Positions 39,172-51,200 of a stretch of 64,000 nucleotides of DNA are shown here, piece after piece. Numbering within the stretch: the first letter of the stretch is position 1; every line of letters begins with the position of its first letter. The notes below the pieces were generated by a model. It was given only the letters and a program-made list of their open reading frames with translations, ran no database searches and was not told the DNA's origin. Source of the DNA: Gordius albopunctatus (Eukaryota); contig OZ193909.1 of assembly GCA_964276515.1 (NCBI GenBank), positions 10,726,001 through 10,790,000 of the forward strand, given 5' to 3'. The position numbers and the translations under genes are program-made.

Positions 39172-40910
39172 CGCCTATTCTATTTATTCGACAGGTCCAC
39201 CCAACGGAAATACCTCGTCGATACGGGAGCTGAAGTTAAGGTAATCCCACCCCCTCCCAAACATCCACTGATCCCGTATGGCCCAACTCTACAAGCGGCT
39301 AACCAAACCAGCATCCACATATACGGACAAGTCGTATTGAGTTTAGACCTTGGCTTGCGACGGGAATTCAAATGTGTATTTTGAGTCGCCAACGTACACA
39401 CCCCCATAATTGGAGCTGACTTATTACATCATTATAAGTTGGTTGTGGACGTCAACAATAAACGACTCATAGATAGTACTACCCAGTTATCATCCAAAGG
39501 CACAACTTCGCCACACCAGATATTCGGTATCCGTGTAGCACTCAGCAATCACAGCACAAAATTCGATGCAATTCTGCACGAATTTCCGTCACTCATATCC
39601 CCTCTAAATATCAACCGCCAGATCCCACTTCACGATGTACTCCACCACATTTTAACGAAAGTACCCGCCCAGTACGCACGTCCAAGAAGACTGACAGCGG
39701 AAAAGTTGAACGTCGCGAAAAAAGAATTCGAATATATGTTAGAATTAGGGATCATTCAGAAATCCGAAAGCAACTGGGCAGCTTCATTGCATTTGGCCGC
39801 CAAAAAGACAGGTGATTGGAAACCGTGTGGAGACTACAGATGTCTGAAAAAAGTCACAATACCGGACAGATATCCCATACCACACTTACACGACTTCACT
39901 GCCAATCTTCACAACAAAATTATATTCTCCAAGCTGGACCTTGTGAGAGCTTATCATCACATCCCCGTAGCGCCAAAGGACGTATGCAAAACAGCCGTCA
40001 CAACACCTTTCGGCCTGTACGAATTCACAAGAATGCCGTTCGGAGTCAAAAACTCAGCACAGATTTTCCAACGATTTATTGATGAAGTACTAAGAGGATT
40101 AGATTGCACTTACGCGTACATCGATGATATCCTCATAGCCAGCGCATCGGAGCAGGAACACGAACAGCACTTGAGATCGTTCTTCAACGATTACAAGAGT
40201 ACGATCTTAGAATCAACCCTTCGAAGTGCAAATTCGGAGTTGGCGAACTCGAATTTCTCGGACATCAGGTATCAAGCATTGGTATTGCCCCACTACTGGA
40301 CAAAGTCAATGGCATCAACGAGTTTCCCCGGCCCGATTCACTAAAGAAACTCCGGAGATTCCTAGGAATGATAAATTTCTACCGTAGATTTTTACCCTGA
40401 ATTTCCCGAACCCTTCAACCTCTGACCGATTTGTTGAAGAAGTCTAAAAAGTCCGTAACCTTCAACAACGTTCAGGTCGAGTGATTCGAAGAAGCGAAAG
40501 CTGCATTAGCGAATTTTACCACACAAACCTCTTTGAATACGGACCCCCTCACAAAAATCACAGTGACCACCGATGCATCAGACACTGCGGTTAGAGCAAT
40601 TTTGGAGCAAACCATTTCGGACAAGGTAAACCCATTAGCATTTTTCTCAGCGAAATTACAACCCACTCAGTCACGGTACAGCACATTCAGTCGAGAACTC
40701 CTCGCCATCTACCTATCTATCAAACACTTCAGACACATATTAGAAGGCCGACATTTTACCGTTTTTACCGACCATAAGCCGTTAACCTACGCTGCGAAAC
40801 CTGAAAATACTAGCCACGAGAAACCAGGCAACTGGATTTTATATCTCAATTCACCACAGATATACAATACATCAAAGGCGAAGCGAATTCAGTCGCGGAC
40901 GCACTTTTTC
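39121..40910 (+). pseudogene. Gypsy pol (protease-RT-RNase H), several stops and frameshifts
   Basis: LVDTGAE (protease), [29 protein letters not shown] (RT), TDASD, YSTFSRELLAIY and FTDHKPL (RNase H). Confidence 0.9.
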
Positions 40911-41198
40911 GGTCCGTATACTGTATAATTTTTATTATACTTTTAAATCAGCCTTGTATATATGACGTCATTATTGTATATGCTGATATAAATTAAACTG
41001 GCCGGGAAATGTGCGATATTTTTAAAATGAAAAGGTATTTTAGGAATCTGAAAATGCTATTTTACCCCTGGCATCCCTAGGAATCTACGGCTAAATTTTC
41101 GCGAGAATCAGGCCGGTAGTTTCAGAATTTAGCCCTTACATACATACATAAACACATATATACATAGACTTTACTTTATATATATAGATGATACTTAC

Positions 41199-42320
41199 GT
41201 AGTCGTCGTTTTTGACGTGAAACAAGTTGTTGAAAAATGACGTAATGCTTTTTCGATATTTGATTTTGTTAGCCGATTTGACACCCTTGTCTATTAGCGA
41301 CGATTCACAGCTAGAAAGTGAAGGAAGAGCAATGGGCTCGCACGTGGAGCTTGAAACCATAATAGAATCGCTGTTTTTAAGTTGTATCTCATCATAAACA
41401 CTTTCAATATTAATATCATCATCGTCTTTGTTTAAATTTAATTGTAACAGGAGTCTTTTCTCAATGTTTTCACCACTTTGTTTTTCTAAAGCTCTTTTAA
41501 TTTCATGTTCCTCTAAGGCATAATTCTCTTCAAGTGTCGGCTGCTTCATAAGGATAGGTTCTGGGGGCTATTCGTCATCTAAATATGCGCCCAGGATTGG
41601 CATTAACCTCGGATAGTCTGCAGCATATTCTTTTGGAATTTCTGTAGGAGCGGGATCATTCGCCTCTTTATTCTCTTTCTCATAGGTATATTTTTCCAAT
41701 GTTTTATCTCTTGTAACCTTAATATTGATTAAAGGTTTAGAATTAATATCGTCTACAATTATTTCTTCCACGGATTGATTTTTGAAAGCAGCACTAAGAA
41801 ATTCGTTCTACATTCTCAATCCAACTTTATTATGTCCACTTATTTTGGCGTAATACTTCTGTTGACATTCCTTTTCATTTCCATTCTTTTCATCCTCATC
41901 TTTCCGCCGTAACAACTTATTTATCGCTTTTCTAGGGACGTTATCACTTTTCAGAACACTCGTTATACCAACTTTATTACTTTGAGCTTGATAGAGGTTG
42001 AAATACTTTGTATTATCCTCATCTAGTTCAAATATATCACTATTTGAAGTCAGGTCACTGCCATAATTTCTTGCCTTATGATCGTTATTTCGCCTCCATT
42101 TTCCATCTTCCACTTGAACTGTGTAACTTTCTAAATCTTCTATGAAATATCTTTTTATTTCTCGGGACTCTAGCTTCATGGAGTTATCGTGTTCTCTGTC
42201 ATCTTTTCTAGGTATCGTATATAATGAATAGTAGTCATTACCGCATTCATCTAAATCAGCCATTTGATCCGACTTCGAATCTCGCCATCTGTCATTTCTT
42301 ATAATGTCATAATCATATTT
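41199..42320 (-). pseudogene. Orphan acidic/Lys-rich exon-like frame (374 codons) with two in-frame TAG codons
   Basis: ORFs 41808-42263, 41568-41771 and 41136-41549 are all in one frame, separated only by TAG at 41808-41810 and 41568-41570. A GTAAGT donor lies at 41193-41198. No family recognised. Confidence 0.55.
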
Positions 42321-42610
42321 TTAGTTGTTTTATAAATATTACAACTTTATTAATTAATATCCCTTTTGTAAATAAATACTGCAGGTATTAATGGTAGAAA
42401 CTCTATATGGCATGAGACAGCGAAAATTATCGTTCCTTAATTTAATAGACAAAATAAATTAATACTGTTCGTCAAGGGCGTAGCCAGCAATGAAATTAGA
42501 GAGGGGTCGATAATGATTTAGGGAGGGGCAGAAAGATCATTTTTTTGAAATTTTAGCCATAGTTTTAATAAATTTTTTAACATATTATTGGATTTAGAGG
42601 GGGGCAGCCA

Positions 42611-44420
42611 CCTTGCCAGATGATGCAACGACGGCCAATGCGATGCCATTCTTTTATCGTATCTTGGCATGAATTAGCGAAATGAGAAATATATTGCCAG
42701 TTCCACCTGATGCATCCAAAAAGTCCTACCGAAACTGCCAGCATAATCGGTCGTAAATGATTTTTTGTACATAGTCATTAGTGGGACATTGCGAGTATCA
42801 ATCGCTGCAATTTCTACTTAATTATACTGCAGTTCACGACTCATATCATTGTTGAGTAAATCAGATGCACATCAATTTGGTGACCTCATACGGAAATAAT
42901 GAACAAGGACAATACAAAGATCATCGATAGCTATCAATGCTTCATTTTACATTGCGTCGCTGAATGATATCATTAGATAGTTTCATCTTGAACGATGTCA
43001 ATGCAATATATCATTAGTCATTGAAACTTTGTGATTAACCCAGTTTGTGCACGGACCGGGAAACATGTAGTCAACAATATAGCGAATAATAGACGAATTT
43101 GTCTTCCTGTATTGTTTAATGCTGCTTCAGTAAGCTTAATGTCCTAATGGTTGTCGTCTTTTAGCTCGGGTCGGGTTCGGGTTAAAAGTTTTAAAGAAAT
43201 TTTGGGTCGGTTTGGGGTTGAAAAAAATTACTTTGCAGTTCTTTAGCGTGGCCAAATATATATAATTTTGTTATGAAGCTTATATAAGACTTTAATTTAT
43301 GTTTAAACACACATGCTGTAATGTCATGACGATGTATTGATTTTGTCCTGGTAATAGCAACGATCTAATTTCCTGCCATTTTGGATTACATGTAAACGTG
43401 CTAAAGAAACAGGATTTTCCGTATTCGCGTACGAAAGCCATAGCGTCCTGTAGCAATTCTTGCATGTGACTTGAACTTCATAACTACGTTACTATTTCGG
43501 CAGTCAGCGTTGTCCGCAATAGCGTCTCGCAAGTGATTGTATTCTTCTGCACGCAGCTTCTGTTGGTTATGTCGTAAGTATCATAGTTGTTCGCTCCCTA
43601 TCTTTACGTACATGTCGACCATGAATTGTTGCCAAAACTCAATACATTGTAGAATGACGTTTTTTGACCGCGTCTAATCATCAAACATTACGCATAACAA
43701 TCCTTCAAGGCTTGAAGGAGCTACCCTTCTTGTTTTTTTGCCTCCAGTAAGAATATATATTCAAATTAATTGAAAATGAGTAATCATTTTATTAAAAATG
43801 AGTAAAATACATGTTAGTGGATCTCGTGGTTTAATGTTTATGAGATATCCATCTTATCCCTACCAGAAAATTAGCGGATATCGGAGAGCGTCATATGAAC
43901 GATGGGTATCAGCAATGAACTTAAGATTATTATCTCTCCTTCGAACCCCGATTTGGCGCGAAGGTATATGGTTGCCAACCATGATTCCGGCAACGTGGTC
44001 AACAACAGGTGCATTGAATCTACATATGTGCTCTGCAGCTGGTGTTTTATTAGGATCGATGTCAATAGCGTGATTGTCATTCAATAATTTGGCCATGTGT
44101 GAATTAAATAATTTTAACAATTCATTATGCTCATTCAACGCAGCCTTCACAAAAGGTGAATCGAGGTCATTGTAGTCGCAACCTGCATCTTCGACATTAG
44201 TGAGTGCGCGTTTGGAGTCGTTACCTCCAATAAAGTAATTTGCGTTTAAGGAACAGTTTGTAAAAATGTGTTTATCTTTTGGTGCCTACTATATCTGCTT
44301 TAAAATTTAAAATGCAGAGGGTGACGCATTTCCTTATCAACAAGTGAATTAGAAAACCGGCAGGGGTATGGTGGCGTATATTTACAGTGCAAGCGGAGGT
44401 CTATGTTAAAAGACAGAATA
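42611..44420 (-). mobile_element. Helitron C remnant (third family), internally deleted and degenerate
   Basis: RFNAPVVDHVAGIMVG, THRSYDALRYPLIFW, NQQKLRAEEY.HLRDA, TFTCNPKWQEI, QIRLLFAILLTTC and DASGGTG...GIALAVASSG. Many stops and frameshifts. Confidence 0.85.
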
Positions 44421-44541
44421 GTGGTTTTCTAAAGGCATTCTAGAAAACTTGCTAGTGTAAGCTTCTAGCCATTCATGACCAGATTGGTCAAAAGCCAATG
44501 AACAGATTGCAATGTTGTTTGGCGTCGCATGTCGAGAGAAG

Positions 44542-44700
44542 CATGGGCGTAGCCAGGTTTTGGTGGGGGGCTAAACGTTCAAAAGTTTAATTAAAAGGGG
44601 GGGGGCGAAACATAGAATTTTTAAGGCTTCTTGCATTGGGAAAATTTTTTTTTGCCATCCCCCCTGCCCCACCCCCCCCCACTCCCTGGCTACGCCCATG
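44542..44700. mobile_element. hAT-type MITE (CATGGGCGTAG family)
   Basis: Perfect 16-bp TIR CATGGGCGTAGCCAGG and perfect TSD GAGAGAAG. A truncated relative lies at 42473-42609. Confidence 0.92.
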
Positions 44701-45258
44701 GAGAGAAGGTAAGCAATTTTTTAAATACTAACTCTACATTCATCCATCGTTGGTCGTAAATTTGTATTTGTGTCTGGTTGACATCTGACTCGGTTTTGTT
44801 AAACAGTTGCTAAACAGATGGCAAAATTAAATTACATTTTTACAATTAACCAGCCATCTATTTAAATAACTCATTTATTAAGTAATCTTTTAAATTTTCT
44901 CCGGTAGGTTACTTTTTAACTCTGTTTAAAAAAATATCAATTAATTTTATATTCAATTCATTCTTATCAGAAAAGTAATCTTGGTAATTATAATATTTAG
45001 ATTAAGTAATAATCACTTTATTCAAATTATTGTTATGAAATTTGTATATTTATGCTTAGGACTTTGTTATTACTTATGTTCTAAACTTCTTTTTTTAATA
45101 TTTAAACAATATGTAGATAATATTAAACAATTTGGATATGGGCTTTTAATATTATAATTTAAAATTAGGCATTTTGTTTATTTTTAAATCCAATTTTACA
45201 CCCATTATTTTAGTGTTTACATGCCAAATTTAAGAAAAGCTATTACCAACTTCTATTA

Positions 45259-48200
45259 ATGGACAATGACCTTGAATGTATCTATCCTATAACCGATGCT
45301 GATTATCCATCACTGTTGAGTAATAAAAATTTCTTGAATTGCAAATAAATTTATGTTAAAGAGCAAAACCCATTAAAATGTTTTGATGATAATGGTTGTG
45401 GTCGAATTTATGAAAACAAGAAGATTTGGAAAAAAGCTGCATGGAAAGCATGTCATGCCAATTCTAATCTATGGGAAGATTTTGATCTAAATGTGAGTTA
45501 TTATCAAATACTTTGATTTTGCTTTACAACTGGAAACAAGTTTTATAACGTTTTTTTAATAAACCCAAATTATGAATATCATTAGAATATTTTAGTTTTA
45601 GATTAGCCCATGTTATAAATATTACATATCAAAACGTTTCTGACAGACCATCTCAGATATGAATAAGTTTTGGTGAGGGTGTAGGCCTCATGTATTATAG
45701 TAATTTATGAAAATTTTAGCCATTTTGGACCTATATTTTTTAACTCATTAAGACCGGACACTATTTTTTGAAAAGTCTCTAAAAAGAAGACAATTAATTA
45801 GAAAACAAAATAAAATTAGTTCATAATGTAAATCACATCTTATGCCTTAATAAAAGCTAAATTTGATAATATCAAAAGGTATTTAATAAGTATGCAAATA
45901 TTTAGACTAAATATGGTATTTTTGCGTATGATAAATTCGATCATAGGATTAAATGCGTGTTGTGTTATAGACATTCAAAGGGCCTAAATCACGCTCAAGT
46001 GCGTTTTATATATTTTATTATTTTTGTCATATTCTTGAAAGTAATGGCGCTATTTACTTAATTTTTGGTGCATTTTGTCCCTAAAAAGATCTTTATTGAA
46101 ATAATTTTACAAAAAAAAACCTCAAACTTTTGCGTTTAATTTTTAATGGTCAAATTAGTGAAAAATCTTTAAAGCATATTTACTAGTGCTGTAAACATTT
46201 GTAAAAAATCGAACGCGTTCATGTTCAAAATTTTATGATAAATTTTTTTAAAGTTTAATTTAATATAAATAAATGTCTTATATTTTTTAATATATAAATC
46301 ATTATAATCTATTTTCTTATTGATTTTTAATAATAATTGTTTTTAAAAATTGTCTTCTGATAAGCAGGAACGCTTGGCAGTTAATACAGCATTAGCTTAT
46401 TAGCGCTTGCTTACGCTTAGCTCAGCATAGCTACTACATACATAATACACAAGACAGCGACAGCACACAATGACCACTGGCCAGATAAATCGAAATTTTT
46501 AATTTTTCGTTTTTGAATAGTTTAACATTGATAATTACCCTATGCCCTCCCCTACAAGGGCCTATGGCTCTATTTATATGGTTCCCTGTTCCCCTCCAAA
46601 GGCTTATGCCTCTATTTAATGTGGGTTTGAATCCCGGCGAACGTTCTAAATTGATGGTTCGAGACCCGGAGAGGACAAAAATTTTTATTTTTTTTTAAAT
46701 TAAATTAATATATTGTTCTTGTTAATACCATTGATAATATGAATTTTTGACCGTCCGCAGGCTACTGACCAATGAAAAAATGACCACTGGCCAGATAAAT
46801 CGAAATTTTTAATTTTTCGTTTTTGAATAGTTTAACATTGATAATTACCCTATGCCCTCCCCTACAAGGGCCTATGGCTCTATTTATATGGTTCCCTGTT
46901 CCCCTCCAAAGGCTTATGCCTCTATTTAATGTGGGTTCGAATCCCGGAGAGGGCAAAATTTTTATTTTTTTAATTAATTTAATATTTTGTTCTTGTTAAT
47001 ACCATTGATAATATGACTTTTTGACCGTCCGCTGGCTACTGACCAATGAAAAAATGAACATTGGCCAAATAAATCCTAATTTTTTGTTTTTCCTTTTTGA
47101 ATAAGTTAACATTGATAATTGAAAAAAATTACCATTGGCCAAATAAATCAAAATTTTTTGTTCGTTTTTGAATAGGTTAACATTGATAATTACCCTATAC
47201 TTTTTAATAATTGCTATGCAATTTATCTAGTTTTTGGGTTAGAATCCCGGAGTTTTTTTTGACTCTTATGATTGTTCTTGTTACTATCAATGATAATAAG
47301 ACTTTTTGGCCGTCCGCTGGCTGCTGACCAATGAAAAAAATGACCATTGGCCAAAATGTGTATCCGAGTTTATTTTTTCGTTTTTTTTGAATATTATGAT
47401 TGTTCCTGTTCCTACCATTGCTATTATGACTTTTTGGCCGTCCGCTGGCTGCTGACCAATGGAATAAAATGACCATTGGCCAAAATGTGATTCGAAAATT
47501 TTTTTTTCGTTTTTTTTGACTGTTATAAATTTATATCCACTTTTACCGTGTCCTGGCTGCTGACCAATGGAAAAAAATGACCATTGGCCAAAATGTGAAT
47601 CGAAATTATTTTTTCCGTTTTTTTTAGACTATTATGATTGTTCCTGTTCCTACCATTGCTATTATGACTTTTTGGCCGTCCGCTGGCTGCTGACCAATGG
47701 AATAAAATAACCATTGGCCTAAATGTGATTCGAAAACTTTTTTTTCGTTTTTTTTGACTATTATGAATTTATATCCACTTTTACCGCGTCTTGGCTGCTG
47801 ACCAATGGAAAAAAATGACCTTTGGCCAAAATGTGAATCGAAATTATTTTTTCCGTTTTTTTTAGACTATTATGATTGTTCCTGTTCCTACCATTGCTAT
47901 TATGACTTTTTGGCCGTCCGCTGGCTGCTGACCAATGGAATAAAATAACCATTGGCCTAAATGTGATTCGAAAACTTTTTTTTCGTTTTTTTTGACTGTT
48001 ATGAATTTATATCCACTTTTACCGTGTCCTGGCTGCTGACCAATGGAAAAAAATGACCTTTGGCCAAAATGTGAATCGAAATTATTTTTTCCGTTTTTTT
48101 TGACTATTATGATTGTTCCTGTTCCTACCATTGCTATTATGACTTTTTGGCCGTCCGCTGGCTGCTGACCAATGGAATAAAATAACCATTGGCCTAAATA

Positions 48201-51200
48201 TGATTCGAAAATTTTTTTTTCGTTTTTTTTGACTATTATGAATTTATATCCACTTTTACCGTGTCCTGGCTGCTGACCAATGGAAAAAAATGACCATTAG
48301 CCAAAATGTGAATCGAAATTATTTTTTCCGTTTTTTTTAGACTATTATGATTGTTCCTGTTCCTACCATTGCTATTATGACTTTTTGGCCGTCCGCTGGC
48401 TGCTGACCAATGGAATAAAATAACCATTGGCCTAAATGTGATTCGAAAACTTTTTTTTCGTTTTTTTTGACTGTTATGAATTTATATCCACTTTTACCGT
48501 GTCCTGGCTGCTGACCAATGGAAAAAAATGACCTTTGGCCAAAATGTGAATCGAAATTATTTTTTCCGTTTTTTTTGACTATTATGATTGTTCCTGTTCC
48601 TACCATTGCTATTATGACTTTTTGGCCGTCCGCTGGCTGCTGACCAATGGAATAAAATAACCATTGGCCTAAATGTGATTCGAAAACTTTTTTTCGTTTT
48701 TTTTGACTATTATGAATTTATATCCACTTTTACCGCGTCCTGGCTGCTGACCAATGGAAAAAAATGACCTTTGGCCAAAATGTGATTCGAAAATTTTTTT
48801 TTCGTTTTTTTTGACTATTATGATTGTTCCTGTTCCTACCATTGCTATTATGACTTTTTGGTAATACAACTCCCGTAGAATTTAACTAACCATAAAGCTT
48901 CCCCTTCGCTCCCTCTCTCCCCCTTTATGATATTTGGCATATACACTTATTTAGTGCTTCCAACCTTCGTTTTGCAATATTCACGTAAGTATTTCCATAA
49001 ATTGCATAGCAAATATGATACATTTATACGGAGTGTAGATGAGTTCCCCCTTCCTTCCCCTCCTCCCCTTCCCCCTTCCCACGAGGGCCGAAGGCCCGAG
49101 TTTTATACTTAATAAACAAATTTTTTAAAGGAAGAAATTTATTAAAAACTTTTAGAGTTTTGTCCCTCGCTTCAAAAAATTGCGACAAGATATCATCCTC
49201 CAATGCGCCCTCTACTTCCTCGCCAAAAAAATGATATCTCGGAATTGACAGCTCTTTCATTATCAATTCTAGGGGTTTCAATCCCTTTTTTCAATAACAC
49301 TAAAAGTTTATTCTTTATAGGTTCATTTTAATTATTGAATTTGATCTTTTATATGAAACGAGTGAAAAATATTTTTCATATTTTGGCCTTGGCAATTTCA
49401 ATTCATCTGCTGATTTTGAATATTCAGAATCTGAAGATGACGACGATATAATATTATGATTGTCCATATTAACCTATAAATTAAACTATAATTAATAATA
49501 TCAAACTAATTAACTTTAATCTTATCTTCTTTTGCACGTTATAGTATGTTAAAAGTATTTCGGAATCGGTAATAGGAAACAGAAAAAACAGCTGATTAAA
49601 AAATATAATACTTTTTTGTTAGAAATTCGGATTGACATTAATTTTCAAATAAATAAAAACAAAAAAGGGTTTTTAAAATTGAACGAACGTTAAATTCGAA
49701 CGCGTTCATCAAAAAAAGGAACGCGTTCACGTTCAAAGTTCACCAAAAAATAAAAGAACGCCGTTCATTTCTGAACGCGTTCATTTACAGCACTAATATT
49801 TACGCTTTATATGAAATCACCAATTTTCCAATGTGCACTCCTTTATGACCCAATATCATATTTTAATCATAAAAAGTTTGGGGCCTGTTATGAGATGGTC
49901 AAGAATTTGAAAAATTATATTTTCACTGAAATAATTTCTAGATAGCGGTATAATCAATTATTACAAGAACATATTAAGATCTTTATTTTTTTATCAAATT
50001 GTAAATTTATAAAAATACATGGTAAATATATAATATTGGAATAAAAATGAACTTAAATGTTGAACTTTTATCTGCGCGATGGGCTAATAACCGAGTTTTA
50101 AAATAACTTTACCTTAAATTAAAATAAAAAATGGTCTAAACTAGCAAGCAATATATTTTGAAAAACCCTTCATCCTGCAAAATTGATTTATTTTTAGGAT
50201 GGATTAAATTTGTAAATTATTCCCCAAGGCATTATTGAATGCGTTCTTACTGCGGCCTACTTCACTCAATTAAATTTTGATGTGTTTTTGTTTAAGATCA
50301 CAATGGAAATCGTTAAATCCAACACGATATCCATACACGGATCAATGCCATCCGTTTAGTTATACCTCGTTTTTATATTTTTTTTAGTCGTGTATGTAAT
50401 TTTACTTTAAAAAAATCTTTATTCATAAACCTAAACATATTTTATGGTAGATAAAAACGGAAGAAGGTATACGACACAAATATAATCCCATAACTGCTTC
50501 TTGGACTTGGCAAAAGGCTGAACTTAAGTTGGAAGACGAACCATTCGATTCTGGCGCACAAAGGATATGCTATCGCTTGTAATTTTGCATTTCTCTCTCC
50601 TTATTACACATGTATAAATATTATTTTTAAAAATTAATTTCAAATTACTTATTCTTTGACACACGCAGAAAAAAGATTCCTACCGAGTACGACAAATTCG
50701 GTCAAGAAATTGTGGGCGATTTAAGCGACAACACTAAGGATAACAATGATAGGTACCGTAAACTTCATATAGTTGTGTGAACATTTTAACTTGACTTATT
50801 TTGTGTTGTTCATAGGTGGAAAAATGCCTCAAATTACGTTGCGAAACGATACAAAAGTAACACGTCGAAATCGACTTACATCAAAGATATTCAACTCCAG
50901 ATGGATGCTAAATTATGGGGCGAAGAATATAATCGGCACAAACCACCGAAACCGGTTAAATTTTAATGTCACTTTTTTAAACATAAAGAACAACAGTTTT
51001 TTCGATGATTTAATAAGTTTATAAATATTAGATCGATATTATCCAATCAACGCTATTGGAAATACCTAGTCGAACCAAACATAAATATTATCATCTGGAA
51101 AGATTTATAGAGGGAGACTACGTGAAATACAATTCTAATACTGGCTTTGTCTGTGACGAAAACACTAGGCTCACTCCGCAAGTAAATTAAATACATTTAC

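Larger units (their letters stand above)
38042..40910 (+). mobile_element. Ty3/Gypsy LTR retrotransposon, 3'-truncated (no integrase or 3' LTR)
   Basis: Putative 5' LTR from ~38025/38042 to 38248 (TG...CA, AATAAA at 38221). PBS TGGTAACCTGAAACGTGAT (38250-38268) resembles the tRNA-Trp type. Gag, protease, RT and RNase H follow. Confidence 0.88.
46184..49795 (-). mobile_element. hAT element in eEF2K intron 2, carrying a nested HINE
   Basis: Perfect TIR TAGTGCTGTAAA / TTTACAGCACTA and perfect TSD ATATTTAC (46176-46183 and 49796-49803). GAACGCGTTC subterminal palindromes. Transposase-like remnant LKVFNKFLPLKNLFIKY on the minus strand ends near 49105. Confidence 0.9.

Noticed and set aside
39074..41810. 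Genome-wide TAG reassignment, suggested by several in-frame TAGs
   Set aside because: The Gypsy TAGs fall at positions expecting different residues (Lys in gag, Ser in RNase H). RepHel ends at TAG (32684-32686), and the host exons I rebuilt contain no internal TAG. Ordinary nonsense mutation explains them.
46900..46960. tRNA gene at GGTTCGAATCCC
   Set aside because: Only a T-loop/B-box is present. No acceptor, D or anticodon stems could be folded.
47265..48861. CRISPR-like array (regular repeats with palindromes)
   Set aside because: The intervening segments are not unique spacers but alternate between two near-identical types. There are no cas genes, the context is a eukaryotic intron, and the array is explained as HINE central repeats.
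47204..48869. Repeated 63-90 aa minus-strand ORFs
   Set aside because: These are translations of the tandem repeat, with frames broken by T-tract length changes.
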